A stretch of DNA of 63,886 bases, the filler included, from Octopus bimaculoides (taxonomy: Eukaryota): the NCBI RefSeq assembly GCF_001194135.2. It is 6 parts of 5 records of this genome, joined end to end, with 100 filler letters (N's around TTAATTAATTAA, not from the genome) between each part and the next. Parts side by side here need not be neighbours in the genome. Positions count along the whole stretch, not along the records: positions 1 to 31,593 come from NC_069000.1; 5 more parts are not named here. One strand, written 5' to 3'. How positions within the stretch are numbered: position 1 is the stretch's first letter; each line of letters opens with the position of its first letter. A program made the translations under genes and the position numbers. Below, piece by piece: positions 1-11,785 of the stretch. The notes beneath the pieces are model-generated. The model searched no databases, had not been told where the DNA came from, and was given only the letters and a program-made list of their open reading frames with translations.

Positions 1-325
1 AACGACCTCGATTACCTTATCCACCCATTTCTCCGCTAGAAGTATTCCTACGCCCCCGACCCCGTCAGTGTTCCCTGCCCAGAAAATCTTGTACCTGTGT
101 TCTTTGCCTGTGAGGAACCTTGCAGAACCTCCTCTCCATCTTACTTCCTGGATGCAGCACATATCTACGCATCTCCGTTCAAGCATCTCAACAATTTCAC
201 CAGATCTACCTTTCAGCGTGCCGACGTTGAGAGTGCCAATCCTAACAGTATGGGTGTTGGGGGTGTGGGCCTGTGGCCTGGGAAGGGGAAAAGCAGTGTC
301 GTGTACCTGAAAAGAAGATATGGTC
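1..325 (-). mobile_element. RTE-clade LINE, N-terminal part of the APE endonuclease, uninterrupted frame running off the window
   Basis: Minus frame reads TVRIGTLNVGTLKGRSGEIVEMLERRCVDMCCIQEVRWRG...GVGGVGILLAEKWVDKVIEVV with no stops. It abuts a MITE terminus (ttaaccctttagcatt, 332-347). Confidence 0.9.
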
Positions 326-1879
326 GGTTTAAATGCTAAAGGGTTAAGGCCCTCATTTCATTTGGATGGATAGGTCTCCTCAAGTACAGCAAGTAACCAA
401 TTGTCCCAACTTTTGTTATCTCCTCTGTGAGGATCAACATCATTATAGACTGTTAGAATATATGCCAATTTAATAAACACTTAAAATGTATACAATTAGA
501 AGTAATTCATTGTTTCAGTAACTTTACAGTTTAAAATGTCTGTCTCAATAAATAAAAGAGTAGTACGCTTAGCATTTTTTTAAAATTATGTCAAAGCAGT
601 AAAGAAGAGAATGTTACATTTATAGACAGTACAGTACATATAGATATAGCTAGAAACTGTTACAAGCTTATCAGTAGCATCAATACATTCAATATCACTC
701 TCTCTCTCTCTCTGTCAGTGTGTGTATGTATGTGTGTGTGTGAGAGAGAGAACATGTGTGTCTGTGTGTGCGTGCTGTAAATGTGAAAGTTTTAACATTT
801 TCTTAAAAAAGGACAAGTACTCTATGTTTAACTGTATAATGTATACATTATGCAAATTGTACACATTTCAAAATTGATGCCATGGACATCACAGAGGTAG
901 TTGTAGACAACTCTGTTTCTGTATTATCCAATGTGGTCTATCTTCTTCAATTCACAACCTTATGATCTTCTTAACAGTAAAAGGACATGTTGGATAATGT
1001 AGTTCTTTTAGATATACAGAAAGACATTTAATTAGGACTGACTTGTGGTTAAACAACAATAGCTCGTAAGATTTTTTTCTTTCCCCAGGAAAAAAAATAT
1101 TGAAAATAACTGGTCTACAACTTCTAAGAATACACAAGGCAAAGTGCCCAAAATATGGTTGTTTATTTCGGTGCTTTGTATTATGGCTTGATTTTCAGAG
1201 AAACACAAACTATATATGTGGTCTTGTATTTAGGATTTTGTACTCTCACTGCAGTAAATGGGGTTCAGTTCCATGCTTGGAAAATATCTTTAACAAACCA
1301 ACAAGGGAACCTTTATGGGGTTGCTTGACCTGCTAGTAGCAGTAGCCAAATTTCACTCACATCACAGATTGTCATCTTAAAAATAGAGAAGGAACTATGA
1401 CGTAGTTCTAGACAAACTAAGCCCACACCAATCCCCAAAAGGATGGTATGATCACAACAGGAATGCCTTTGATTACAAGTCTTCTAGCACAGGGCTAAAT
1501 GACAACACAACAAATTAAACATGAACACTGTGAAGACTACATTATGAGAAGATATAGAAATGTCAGAACAATGACAACATTTTCAATTCCCCTTCTATTT
1601 ATACTTTACTGTTCATCCTCTTTTCTGTTTTTTGTTACACAGGAAATTGTCATCTTTTTGGATGACAACAGATAACAAAAGCATGGAATTATTAGACTGA
1701 TGAACAGAACCAGTTTGCACAACTTCAGAGTGAGAAACATCCAATAGAATCAGATAAACTTTGAGAAGTAAATGAAGACTGGAGCAGGAGGGCTTTGTGA
1801 GAGAAAAAGAAATAGTTGGGATCAAATCAGACAAGGAGAACATTATTGAGCCATGACAACAGACAATGAGAAATGAACT

Positions 1880-2995
1880 GTATTCCTACTGTATCACAGT
1901 GACAAGGAGACTAAACTGTGTCACTGCTGTGTCACAGTGACAAAGTAACTGAACAGTGTTGCTGCTATATCACAATAACAAGGTATCTAAACTGTGTCAC
2001 TGCTGTGTCACAGTAACTGATTAACTGAACTGTGTCACAAGCTATGTCATAGTGATAAGTTAACTGTGTCTTTGCTGTATTACAGAGACAAGATAACTGA
2101 ACTGTGTCATGGTTGTGGCAATGTGAACTATACTATTGCTGTGACTGTGACTGAACTATCACAACTGTATCACAATGACAAGGTGACTAAACTGTGTTAC
2201 TGCTGTGTCACAGTAACAGGGTAGCTGAGCTGTGTTACTGCAGTGTCACAGTGATAAATATTCAAACTATGTCACTGCTGTGTCACAGTGACTGGTTAAC
2301 TGAACTGTGNNNNNNNNNNNNNNNNNNNNNNNNNNNNNNNNNNNNNNNNNNNNNNNNNNNNNNNNNNNNNNNNNNNNNNNNNNNNNNNNNNNNNNNNNNN
2401 NNNNNNNNNNNNNNNNNNNNNNNNNNNNNNNNNNNNNNNNNNNNNNNNNNNNNNNNNNNNNNNNNNNNNNNNNNNNNNNNNNNNNNNNNNNNNNNNNNNN
2501 NNNNNNNNNNNNNNNNNNNNNNNNNNNNNNNNNNNNNNNNNNNNNNNNNNNNNNNNNNNNNNNNNNNNNNNNNNNNNNNNNNNNNNNNNNNNNNNNNNNN
2601 NNNNNNNNNNNNNNNNNNNNNNNNNNNNNNNNNNNNNNNNNNNNNNNNNNNNNNNNNNNNNNNNNNNNNNNNNTGTCACTGCTGTGTCACAGTGACAAAG
2701 TAACTGAACAGTGTTGCTGCTATATCACAATAACAAGGTATCTAAACTGTGTCAAAGTGACTGGTTAACTGAACTGTGTCATTACCATGTCACAGTGACA
2801 AGGTAACTAAACTGTGCCCCTGCTCTATTATACAGACAAGGTATCTGAACTGTGTCATGGTTATGCCAATGTGATAGAACTATGCCATTGCTGTATCACC
2901 ATGGCAAGATGACTGGACTATCACAACTGTATCAAAATGACAAGGTAACTGGACTATATCATAGCTGTATCCCAGTGACAATGTAAGATGTATGA
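1880..2995. repeat. Degenerate ~38-bp minisatellite, consensus approx. ctgtgtcactgctgtgtcacagtgacaaggtaactgaa, interrupted by a gap
   Basis: Recurring unit visible on both sides of the N run at 2310-2673. An ~80-bp block near 1918-1998 recurs almost exactly at 2674-2754. Confidence 0.9.
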
Positions 2996-3289
2996 CACAG
3001 CTATATCAATGGTTGACAGATGCCCAGAACTGTTAGTAGTAATATAATAATCCTTTTTTGTTATAAGCTCAAGGGTTGACATTTTGTGGGGAGGTGGAGT
3101 GGCTAGTAGATTACATCAACTCCAGTATGCAACTGGTTCTTCTTTTATCAACTCTGAAAGGATGAAGGACAAAGTTGACCTCAGCAAGCAGCTGAATATA
3201 CTAACTAGCGACAGTTCCAAAGGTCTGTTTTTCACAAAGACTTACACATAAAGAATGAATCAGGGCCTCTTTGTTGCTGCATGAAAACC

Positions 3290-3599
3290 ATAGACAGATA
3301 ATTTTGGCAGAAGATTTGCATACTGGACACAATCAAAAGCTAAGATGATGTTGAGAGAAATAACATTTCTTTCACCAAATTTCCCTAATACAAGAGTCTA
3401 TGGTGAGTAACATAGAATAAAGATCTACAAGTCAAATTTTATGAGATTGTACAGGAGTTCATTAAAGAGAGAGAAAGGCAGAAATTCAGAAATGTCATTG
3501 GTAATGGCTGTCTCAATTTCCCTTGAGATATTTAGAGACAAGTGTTATGGGACAATAATTAGCAGAATCAGAATTGTTTTTTTTTTTAGAATGGGATAC
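3290..3599 (-). mobile_element. Degenerate CR1/jockey-like LINE reverse transcriptase fragment
   Basis: Minus translation gives SANYCPITLVSK and GKFGERNVISLNIILAFDCVQYANLL, resembling the RT motifs NYRPIxLxS and vLDisKAFDrVwh, with stops. Confidence 0.7.
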
Positions 3600-3607
3600 A
3601 CTGTAGT

Positions 3608-4228
3608 CAGGGCCAGCCCTTGGGTTGCTGGTGCCTGGAGCAAGCTGAACTTCGGCTCCCTTACAACTGTAGTGGCGCAAAATTATAGCCGCCATTGAGG
3701 AAGTACTATCTGTACATGCGCAAGGGACTTGCCTTCCTGGAAGCCCCTTGAGTGCGCATGCGTAGTAAAACTAGTACTTAAAGAGTTTGCTTCACTTTCT
3801 AAGCCTCTTGAGCACGATACCTTCGACGTGACAACACCTTGCTCCTCAACGAAGCACTCTTCACCACAATGCCTTCGATGTGATAGCTACTTGCTCCTCT
3901 GGCATGCATCAAGGAAGCTCTTAACCTTCCAATACCGATTACAAACTAATCAGCGGCTGCTAAGCTGAATGACACAGGATTTGTAAAACCAAGCATCATC
4001 AAAAATAAAACTTATTTTTATTATGTTGTTAATTGTTCTAGTGTTTCTTCATATATAATTATGTTGAAAGGTGATAGAGAGAGACTAATGCCTCTATTGC
4101 AACTATCAACCTTTTACACAACTATAATTTTTAAAAACTTTCACAGGGAGAAAAAATGAAAACGTAGACTAAAAGCATATGGTGCTCCAGGTGACTGCCA
4201 AAGTTGCCAGTACCTTGAGCCAGCCCTG
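3608..4228. mobile_element. hAT-type non-autonomous element (MITE), 621 bp
   Basis: Termini CAGGGC...GCCCTG are flanked by a perfect 8-bp target duplication ACTGTAGT (3600-3607 and 4229-4236). Confidence 0.85.
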
Positions 4229-4393
4229 ACTGTAGTATGTTTCCAATGATTGCAATATATCCCTAAAGAGAGACATTGAAGAGCTTAATGAATGTAGGGG
4301 CTAGCTTTAATCTATATATCTAATGACTTATATCACCTCCGGTGACCTAGAATATAACAATGATCATTCTATGAGTCAATGATGAAGCCTTAA

Positions 4394-4613
4394 CCCTTTC
4401 GTTACCAATCCGGCTGAAACCAGCTCTGGTTCTGAGTACAAATGTCTTGTTTTCATAAGTTTTGAATTAAAATCTTCCACCAAACCTTAGTCACAGTTTG
4501 TGTTCCTAATACTAGCTGAATGATAACTAAGTTATTTTACTAAATTCTTTGTTATATTTAAAGTAATTGAACGAAACACAGAGCCTCTCAAAATAAATAC
4601 AGTAACGAAAGGG
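4394..4613. mobile_element. piggyBac-type MITE
   Basis: TIRs CCCTTTCGTTAC / GTAACGAAAGGG are flanked by TTAA and TTGA. Related CCCTTTAGCATT termini occur at 332-347, ~20266 and 25028-25043. Confidence 0.75.
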
Positions 4614-4857
4614 TTGATGTGGGAATTTAACTTGCTAGAAATAGCAAACAAATCTCTTTCTTTCAGTTCAAGCCTATCATTTTAAAACAAATAAGAACAC
4701 ATTAAATAATGTAGCAACTGATATAAAAAAAAGATGGGAGGCCTACAAACACGGCACCTATGATTATAGCTATTCCATCTGTTAAACAATACAGCATCAT
4801 TATTAAATAACAGGAAATAATTAGACCACAGAGTCAAATAAAATTTATAATACTTAC

Positions 4858-5021
4858 TATAACCTAGGAATTTGGATTAACCAACGAACATTATCTGAAT
4901 GGACTTGGTTGACCACAGCCCATTTGGCTAGTTTCTCCCATTCTTGTTTAGAACGGCCATATATAGACAAACGGTATTCGGCATTTTGATATTTGCTCTC
5001 TTCCAAATCACTCATCACTTC
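4858..5021 (-). CDS. AMPD2: AMP deaminase exon: [54 protein letters not shown](Y)
   Basis: ttttgcag acceptor and gtaagt donor, 164 nt. SKYQNAExRLSIYGR and [11 protein letters not shown] are AMPD motifs. I found no next exon in 348-4857, so the gene probably continues before position 1. Confidence 0.97.
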
Positions 5022-5249
5022 CTGCAAAAAGAAACACGTGAATGTTTGATATATTTATCATAGCATGACATTATAATGGCAATAATTATTTCCAGTTGAG
5101 TCAGACACAGAGAACCAACATAATGAACTGGATTTATAGATATATATAATCCACTTTGCATATTTGGATAACTTTGTATGAAGTAGAGAGAAGAGAATCC
5201 TGATATATTGAGTAAAGACCCACATCATTTCCCTACTGTAATAATTTTT

Positions 5250-5574
5250 CAGTTCTACATTTAAGAGATAAGGAATTATGTACATTATTTACATTTGACG
5301 GATATTTTTCCTCATCTTAATTGTTGTTAACACAACATTTCGGCTGATATACCCTTTCGAACTTGGGTTCTCATTCGTAAGGTATTTTTCAATGTTATTA
5401 TTATTGTTATTATTATTATTATTCAGGTCACTGACTGGAATTGAACTCGGAATCTTGGGGTTAGTCGCCCATACTCTTAACCACTATGCCATATGCCCGT
5501 GGGCAATTATGGAGTGAATTTTAGGGCTTATAAAACAAGATGAGGAAAAATATCCGTCAAATGTAAATAATGCA
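5250..5574 (-). mobile_element. tRNA-headed, Penelope-like-tailed element, copy 1; ribozyme core deleted, with an inverted tail duplication
   Basis: tRNA-like head at 5498-5424 (TGGCATAGTGG A box, GAGTTCAATTCC B box), then (AAT)n, then a body shared with 32628-32836 and 61196-61434. 5281-5318 and 5536-5573 are 37/38 identical inverted copies. Confidence 0.75.
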
Positions 5575-5629
5575 AATAGATAATTTTTATTATTATGAAT
5601 CACCACTAGTTTGCTTTTACTCTAGTTCA

Positions 5630-7085
5630 TATTTGCTGTTTTGAAATGGAGAAAGCCTCTGACAAGGTCTCCCACTCCCTTATTTGGTGAGCAATGTGGA
5701 AGCTAGGGATAGATGAGTGATTGGCGGAAGCTGTAAAAGCCATGTACAGGAATGCTATCAGTAAGGTAAAAGTCACCAATGAGTATAGCAAGGAATTTAG
5801 TGTACAAGTAGGAGTCCACCAGGTATCAGTTCTCAGTCTCCTCTTGTTCATCATAGTTTTCCAAGCTATAAGACTGAGGAATTTAAGACTGGCTGGCTCG
5901 GAAGCTTGGAAGCTGAATCACTACCAGAATTAGAGAAGAAACTTCAGGTATGGAAGCAAAGACTGGAATAAAAGGGCCTTAGAGTTAATTTAGCAAAGAC
6001 CAACATCCTGATAAGCAAGAAAACAGACAAATCACAGATCCCTTCAGGGAGATAGCTATGCTCAATATGTACAAAATGGATCAGGAGAAACTCCATACGG
6101 TGTACCCAGTGCAAGCTATGAACACATAAGAGGTGCAGCGATAACACTGGAGGACTAACAGAAAAAAGTAGTCTTTACATGTGGCTGATGTGCAGGTACA
6201 TTAAACACCAGGAATGTAGAAAAAATAGTCTTCCCCAAATGTCAGTGGGGATCCTTAGAAGTAGCAGACAGTTTCTATTACTTAGGTGACCAAGTTAGCA
6301 GTGGTGGAGATTGTTCCGAAAGCATAACTGCTAAAATAAGAACATGTTGGGCAAAGTTGAGAGAGCTACTACCTCTGTTAGTAATGAAGGGTGTCTCCCT
6401 TGGAGTGAAAGGCAGATTGTATGACATCTGTGTATGAGCATCTATGCTATATGGCAGTGAGATATGGGCTGTGACTACTGAAGGCATGTTAAGGCTTGAA
6501 AGAAATGAAGCCAGTATGAGTAATGGATGAGTAATGTCAGCATGCATATACGACTGAGTGTAAGTGATTTGAGAGAAAAACTGGGTATACAAGGCATCAG
6601 ATGTTGTGTGCAAAAGAGAAGATTGCACTGGTAAGATCATGTGATGTGTATGAATGAAGACAGTTGCATCAAATGCCAATCTGTGATTGTGAAAGGAACA
6701 TGTGGAAGGGGTAGACCTAAAAAAGTGCAGGACAAAGTCATGAGAAAGGATCTTCAGACATTGGGCCTCCCAGAGGGGATGACAAATGACCGAAACTCCT
6801 GGCGGTTTGCTGTGCTTGAGAAGACACATCAAGTTAAGTAAAATTGTGGTTGTCCCTGTATAGAGGCATGCGCCCTGCATTCCTTTTCAGCTGATCATTC
6901 CTAATCTTGTGGGTGCCACATAAAAAGCTCCTAGTATACTCTGTAAAGTAGTTGGCATTAGGAAGAGCATTCAGTTGTAGAAACCATGCCAAAGCAGAAA
7001 AATGAAACCTGGGCAACTCTTGTCAAACCATCCAACCCATGCCAGCATGGAGAACAGATGTTAAATGATGATGACGATGATGATG
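5630..7085 (+). mobile_element. 5'-truncated, degenerate RTE LINE: RT, PHD-like finger, C-terminus, 3' UTR and (GAT)n tail
   Basis: Frame-shifted motifs MEKA.DKV, GVHQ.SVLS.LLFIIV and YLGDQVSSGG. Its tail matches the 8343-9838 copy. Confidence 0.9.
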
Positions 7086-7438
7086 AATCTCAGGATTGCA
7101 TCTATTAACATCGGTAAGTGATGTCTCAAGGTGAAAAGAAGAAAAAACTGAACAATGAGAGCTTCCACCAACAAGGAGAGAAAAAATGGAACAGTGAGAG
7201 CTGCTAGTTGTTACCATAGCAACAAAATAGCTAGCTACAAGGTTTTACTGTTTTTACAGAGGACCATATTGTACAAAATTTATTTCATGTAATTTAAAAT
7301 AGGTTACAATTAATAAACTGAGCAAACTCAAAAAATTGGGTTGGTGTCAAGAAGGGCATCTGGCCAAAGAAAACCTCTCAATGAATTCCATTTGATCTCT
7401 ACACATATAGAAAGGTGGACATCAAAACAATGTTGTTG

Positions 7439-7480
<42 letters not shown>

Positions 7481-8054
7481 TTGTCGAAGCAATAACTTTA
7501 AAGCACTCAATTACAAGTTAGAACTTAGTTGTGTATTTATTCCAAGTGAATTTGCAACTTGTAGCAATAACATTACTGTGGCTAGTCTCAGTTGGAATTA
7601 ATAAATAATTATATACAATATATGTGTGTGTGAGTGTATATATGTGTATGTGTTACACAATACAATCATCCATGTATATAAATATATCTATAACTTAATT
7701 TTTAAGCTTCACCAAAGGCTACAAAAATTCGTCCAACTCCAAAATTTTGACTCCAAAGGTATCACCTCTCTTCCTTCTTTCTTTCAGATGTTTTATATTC
7801 TAGTTATAATCCTTAAATATAAAGATATAATATACAAATTTATAAAAAGATGTTCCCGAATCCACCAAGTATTTCAAAAGTTATATTAATGTATTTTTCC
7901 CCCTAAAACATTATCAATCAAATTATAAAATCCGCATATTGTAGAGTTCTTTCCCTTCCAACTTGAGTGAAAGTTGAAATAACCATGAGGTTCTGAGATG
8001 GTGCAATCCCCACCTGCACACACACCTGAACCCTAAAAGAAGCATTAGGCTTAC

Positions 8055-8186
8055 CTTTATCACATTTGCAAAGTATTTGCCCCCGATATGATTGTCAGTT
8101 TTAATAAAAATTTCACGTAATTCACTTTGGCCAATCGGGTTATATTTGGCATTGAATTTGTCAAATCGATGGAAAGTGTTTCGATC
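8055..8186 (-). CDS. AMPD2: AMP deaminase exon: [44 protein letters not shown]
   Basis: tttcag acceptor and gtaagc donor, 132 nt. [13 protein letters not shown] and [10 protein letters not shown] are AMPD signatures. Confidence 0.97.
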
Positions 8187-8342
8187 CTGAAATGAAAATG
8201 TAAATTAATAGTGTTAATTAATAAATTATTACTTGTATATCATAACATGGGAATGATGTTGTCCAAGACAGGTATTAGACTAAATACAGCCCTGTTAATA
8301 ATATCATGTAGACACACACACACATTTATATATATAAGACAG

Positions 8343-9838
8343 GATGCCCTGGGAGCTCCTCTATGCTGATGACCTTGCTCTAATTGCTGAGTCATTATCA
8401 GAACTAGAGAAGTTTCAGGTGTGGAAGCAAGGACTAGAGTCGAAGGGCCTTAGAGTCAACCTAGCTAAAACCAAAGTCCTAATAAGTAGGAAGGCAGACA
8501 AACCACAAACCCCTTCAGGTAGATGGCCCAGCTCGATCTGTAGAAAAGGCATAGGTAGAAACTCTAGATGTACTCAGTGTAAGCTACAGACACATAAGAG
8601 GTGCAGCAATATCAAAGGAAGGCTAACTGGGAAGATAGTTTTTGTATGTGGCAGATGCTCAGGAGCAATAAACACTGAAAATGTGCAGAGAATAACTTCT
8701 GCCACATTCCAGGGAGAAAACTAGAAGTAGTTGATAGCTTCCATTACTTAGGTGACCAAGTTAGTAGCAGAGGTGGATGCTCTGAGAGTGTAGCTGCTAG
8801 AATAAGAATAGCCTGGGCAAAGTTCAGAGAGCTCCTACCTCTGCTGGTGACAAAGGGCCTCTTGCTCAGAGTAAAAGGTAGACTGTATGACACATGTGTG
8901 CAAACAGCTTTGCTACATGGCAGTGAAGCATGGGCCGTGAGTGCTGAGGACAAGCGTAAGCCCGCAAGGAACAAAGCCAATATGCTCTGCTGGATGTGTA
9001 ATATCAGTGTGCAAACATGACAGAGTGTAAGCGTCCTGAGAGAAAAGTTGGGCAGAAGAAGCATCAGATGTGGTGTGCAAGAAAGACAACTGTGCTGTGA
9101 TTGGATTAGGACCGCTGTGTGAAAAAGTGTCACACTCTAGCAGTTGAGGGAATCTGTGGGAGAGGTAGACCCAAGAACATTAGGCCTCACTGAGGCAATG
9201 ACTAGCGACCAAGACCTTTGGAAATATGCTGTGCTTGAGAAGACCCGGCAAGCCAAGTGAGACCATAACCTGTGGCCTATGCCAACCAGCAACTTAGGCG
9301 TACCTTTCTTTCATTGGACACTAAACTCTGCTTGTGAAGACCTGTTGAGGCAAGTGAAATCGAAATCAAATTCAATGACAGCACCGCATGACTGGCATCC
9401 GTGTTAGTGGAGCGCTAAGAGCACCATCCGAGCATGATTGTTGCCAGGGCTGCGTGCTGGTGACACGTAAAAAGCACCATTCGAGTGTGATCGTTACCAG
9501 CATCGCCTTACTGGCACTTGTGCTGGCGGTACGTGAAAAACAGCATTCGTGTGAGGACGTTGCCAGTGCCGCTGGACTGGCTCCTGTGCAGGTGACATGT
9601 AAAAGCACCATTTGAACGTGGCCGTTGCCAGTACTGCCTGACTGGCCCTCGTGCCGGTGGCACGTAAAAGCACCCAGTGCACTCTAGGAGTGGTTGGCAT
9701 TAGGAAGGGCATCCAGCTGTAGAAATCCAGATCAGATTGGAGTCTGGTGCAGCCATCTGGCTCACCAGTCCCCAATCAAACTGTCCAACCCATGCCAGCA
9801 TGGAAAGCGGACGTTAAATGATGATGATGATGATGATA
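8343..9838 (+). mobile_element. 5'-truncated RTE LINE with YADD motif, PHD-like finger, ~66-bp subrepeats in the 3' UTR and (GAT)n tail
   Basis: ORF 8344-8724 reads PWELLYADDLALIAES...KGLRVNLAKTKVL, followed by F.YLGDQVSS.GGCSES...RIRIAWAKFRELLP. It fills about 90% of the AMPD intron 8187-9861, antisense to the gene. Confidence 0.92.
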
Positions 9839-9861
9839 TATATATATATATATATACTTAC

Positions 9862-9924
9862 TGCATGAACATCGAGCATGTCCACATTGAGATCGTATGT
9901 ATTGATTCCAAGACTATCAAACAC
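9862..9924 (-). CDS. AMPD2: AMP deaminase exon: VFDSLGINTYDLNVDMLDVHA
   Basis: ccacag acceptor and gtaagt donor, 63 nt, phase 0-0. Matches the AMPD YDLxVDxLDVHA motif and bridges the flanking exons. Confidence 0.95.
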
Positions 9925-11229
9925 CTGTGGAAGACAACCAATGTCATGTATATATTAGTTATTCGTTTCACTTTCACATCAACAACTTAATGAAATGGCA
10001 ATCACATCTGATAAATATTGAACATATTTACAAAGTTTTTAAATATAGTACAGCTGTAAAGTGCTTGAGCAATTGAGATGATATTTACTGAGTAATACTG
10101 CAAAGAAATGAAACCATGCCAAACATGCAAATTTGTGTTTTTAGATACAGTAATTTTTTGCCACATTAGGTTTATTCTACATATCAACCATGTTGGAATA
10201 AAGAAACATTACCTATTCATAACTGAGCAGTTAGCATTATAAGAGGGCAAAAATACACCAGAAAGCATAAGTTCCAGCATTAATTCTGTAGAATTAGTCA
10301 ACTTATGTTAGTGCCAGCATGAGAATCAATGTAAATGTGATTGAGCAAAATATAACTTAGGAAAATGTTGTTAGTGGAGTACATCCAAGCATAGCTATGC
10401 TTCTTTAAAAGAAACCACATAATTGATTATAAAAAGTAATTACTACAAATGTATGAAGTTTATGCAGAATATATAAGTTATATAGTTGAGATAACTATTT
10501 TAGGGTTATTTATTTTTATATCACATTTTATGAACAACAGCACTGGGGGCCAATCATAGGTTCACTGCATTTTTATGACAAAAACAACAAAAGATTGTCT
10601 GTGCATCTTGAGCAGAACAAATTCTCACGGAGTGTTTTATCTGAAGCATTACACCTTTTAGTTTTCTCACTGTTTACACCTTTTGTCAAAATAATATATA
10701 TTGGCAAAAGATATATACATGCATTCGTGTGTGAGTGTGTGTGTGTGCATATGGGCTTCTACACAGTTTCCACTACTAAGTTCCACTCATAGGGCATTGG
10801 TCAACTTGAGACTCTGGCAGAACACACTTGCCCAAAGTTCTATATAGTGGAATTGAACCTTAGATTTATGCAGTTGTGAAATAAGTGTCTGAACCACATG
10901 TCCATGCCTAAGTCATTTTGGCATTAACTACTCAACTGCAATAGTGATATGTAATAGTGATATGTAAGCTAAAAGATGTCTCTGAAGTCACCAGTCATTT
11001 TGAAAGGTTTAAAAATGAGGCCCTTATAATAAATATATCATCCACACTGTATAATAAATAACAAATAGTACACTAAACACTAAACAGAGTATTATATACA
11101 CTAAATAGTAGCAATAATCTTATCAATGGTAACATCAACATCCGTATCAACAGTGAATCCTCAATTGCTAATAACAGCACCAACATCAAAAGAGACAGTG
11201 AAAAAAAAATTCAATCTGTTTATCTTAAA

Positions 11230-11680
11230 TTGGCAGCTATACCAAAAGCGGCAAAAGTTATTTGAATCTCAAACAAATGCCTTGATATGATAGATGAAAG
11301 AATATTACCAAAAGGAGTTCCAGTACGAACATAATGTTGCATTTTATATGTAAGAAAATACTTCAGCCACAAGGAACTAAAACTTTACAAAGCAGCTAAA
11401 ATGAGATCTCCAATGGAATACTGCTCATTTATCTGAGACAGAGCTGCTATTATATACAAAGAAAACAACCTAGACTGCATCCAAGAGATACCACTCAACT
11501 CATTGGCAGAAAATAGCTTGCCCCCAAAACACTCCAACCTCTGTCTCACAAACATTTTTTTCTTCTCTCTTTGTCTTTTCTACCACTATTACAGTGGCTT
11601 CTACTCTTCCAAGCTAGCTGGTTGGAATTACTATTCAGGAATTCCTAACTCATTTTCCCAACTTTCAATACCCATAATGT
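11230..11680 (+). mobile_element. Degenerate CR1/jockey-like LINE C-terminal fragment
   Basis: LYKAAK.RSPMEYCS...LDCIQ and SLCLFYHYYSG resemble the LYKaqvRPxmEYcs motif. Many indels. Confidence 0.6.
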
Positions 11681-11785
11681 AGCCACACCACAACTCTGCA
11701 CAAACCAACTATGCCCAGGTCTTCCCTTAACAAAAATGTCATCCCTCTGGAATTTCTTCCCTGTCCATGTTTTTCCTGCAGCTGT

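Noticed and set aside
1610-1700. Strong plus-strand splice acceptor (ttttctgttttttgttacacag)
   Set aside because: All three downstream frames stop within 20 codons and no donor or partner exon was found.
1880-2995. Palindromic repeat array resembling CRISPR
   Set aside because: No unique spacers; it is a degenerate tandem minisatellite.
5424-5498. Functional tRNA gene
   Set aside because: The acceptor and anticodon stems pair poorly and it is fused to a repeat body. It is treated as a SINE-type head, as are the family A and B heads.
9400-9680. CRISPR-like regularly spaced repeats
   Set aside because: The spacers are homologous to each other, the context is a eukaryotic LINE 3' UTR, and there are no cas genes.
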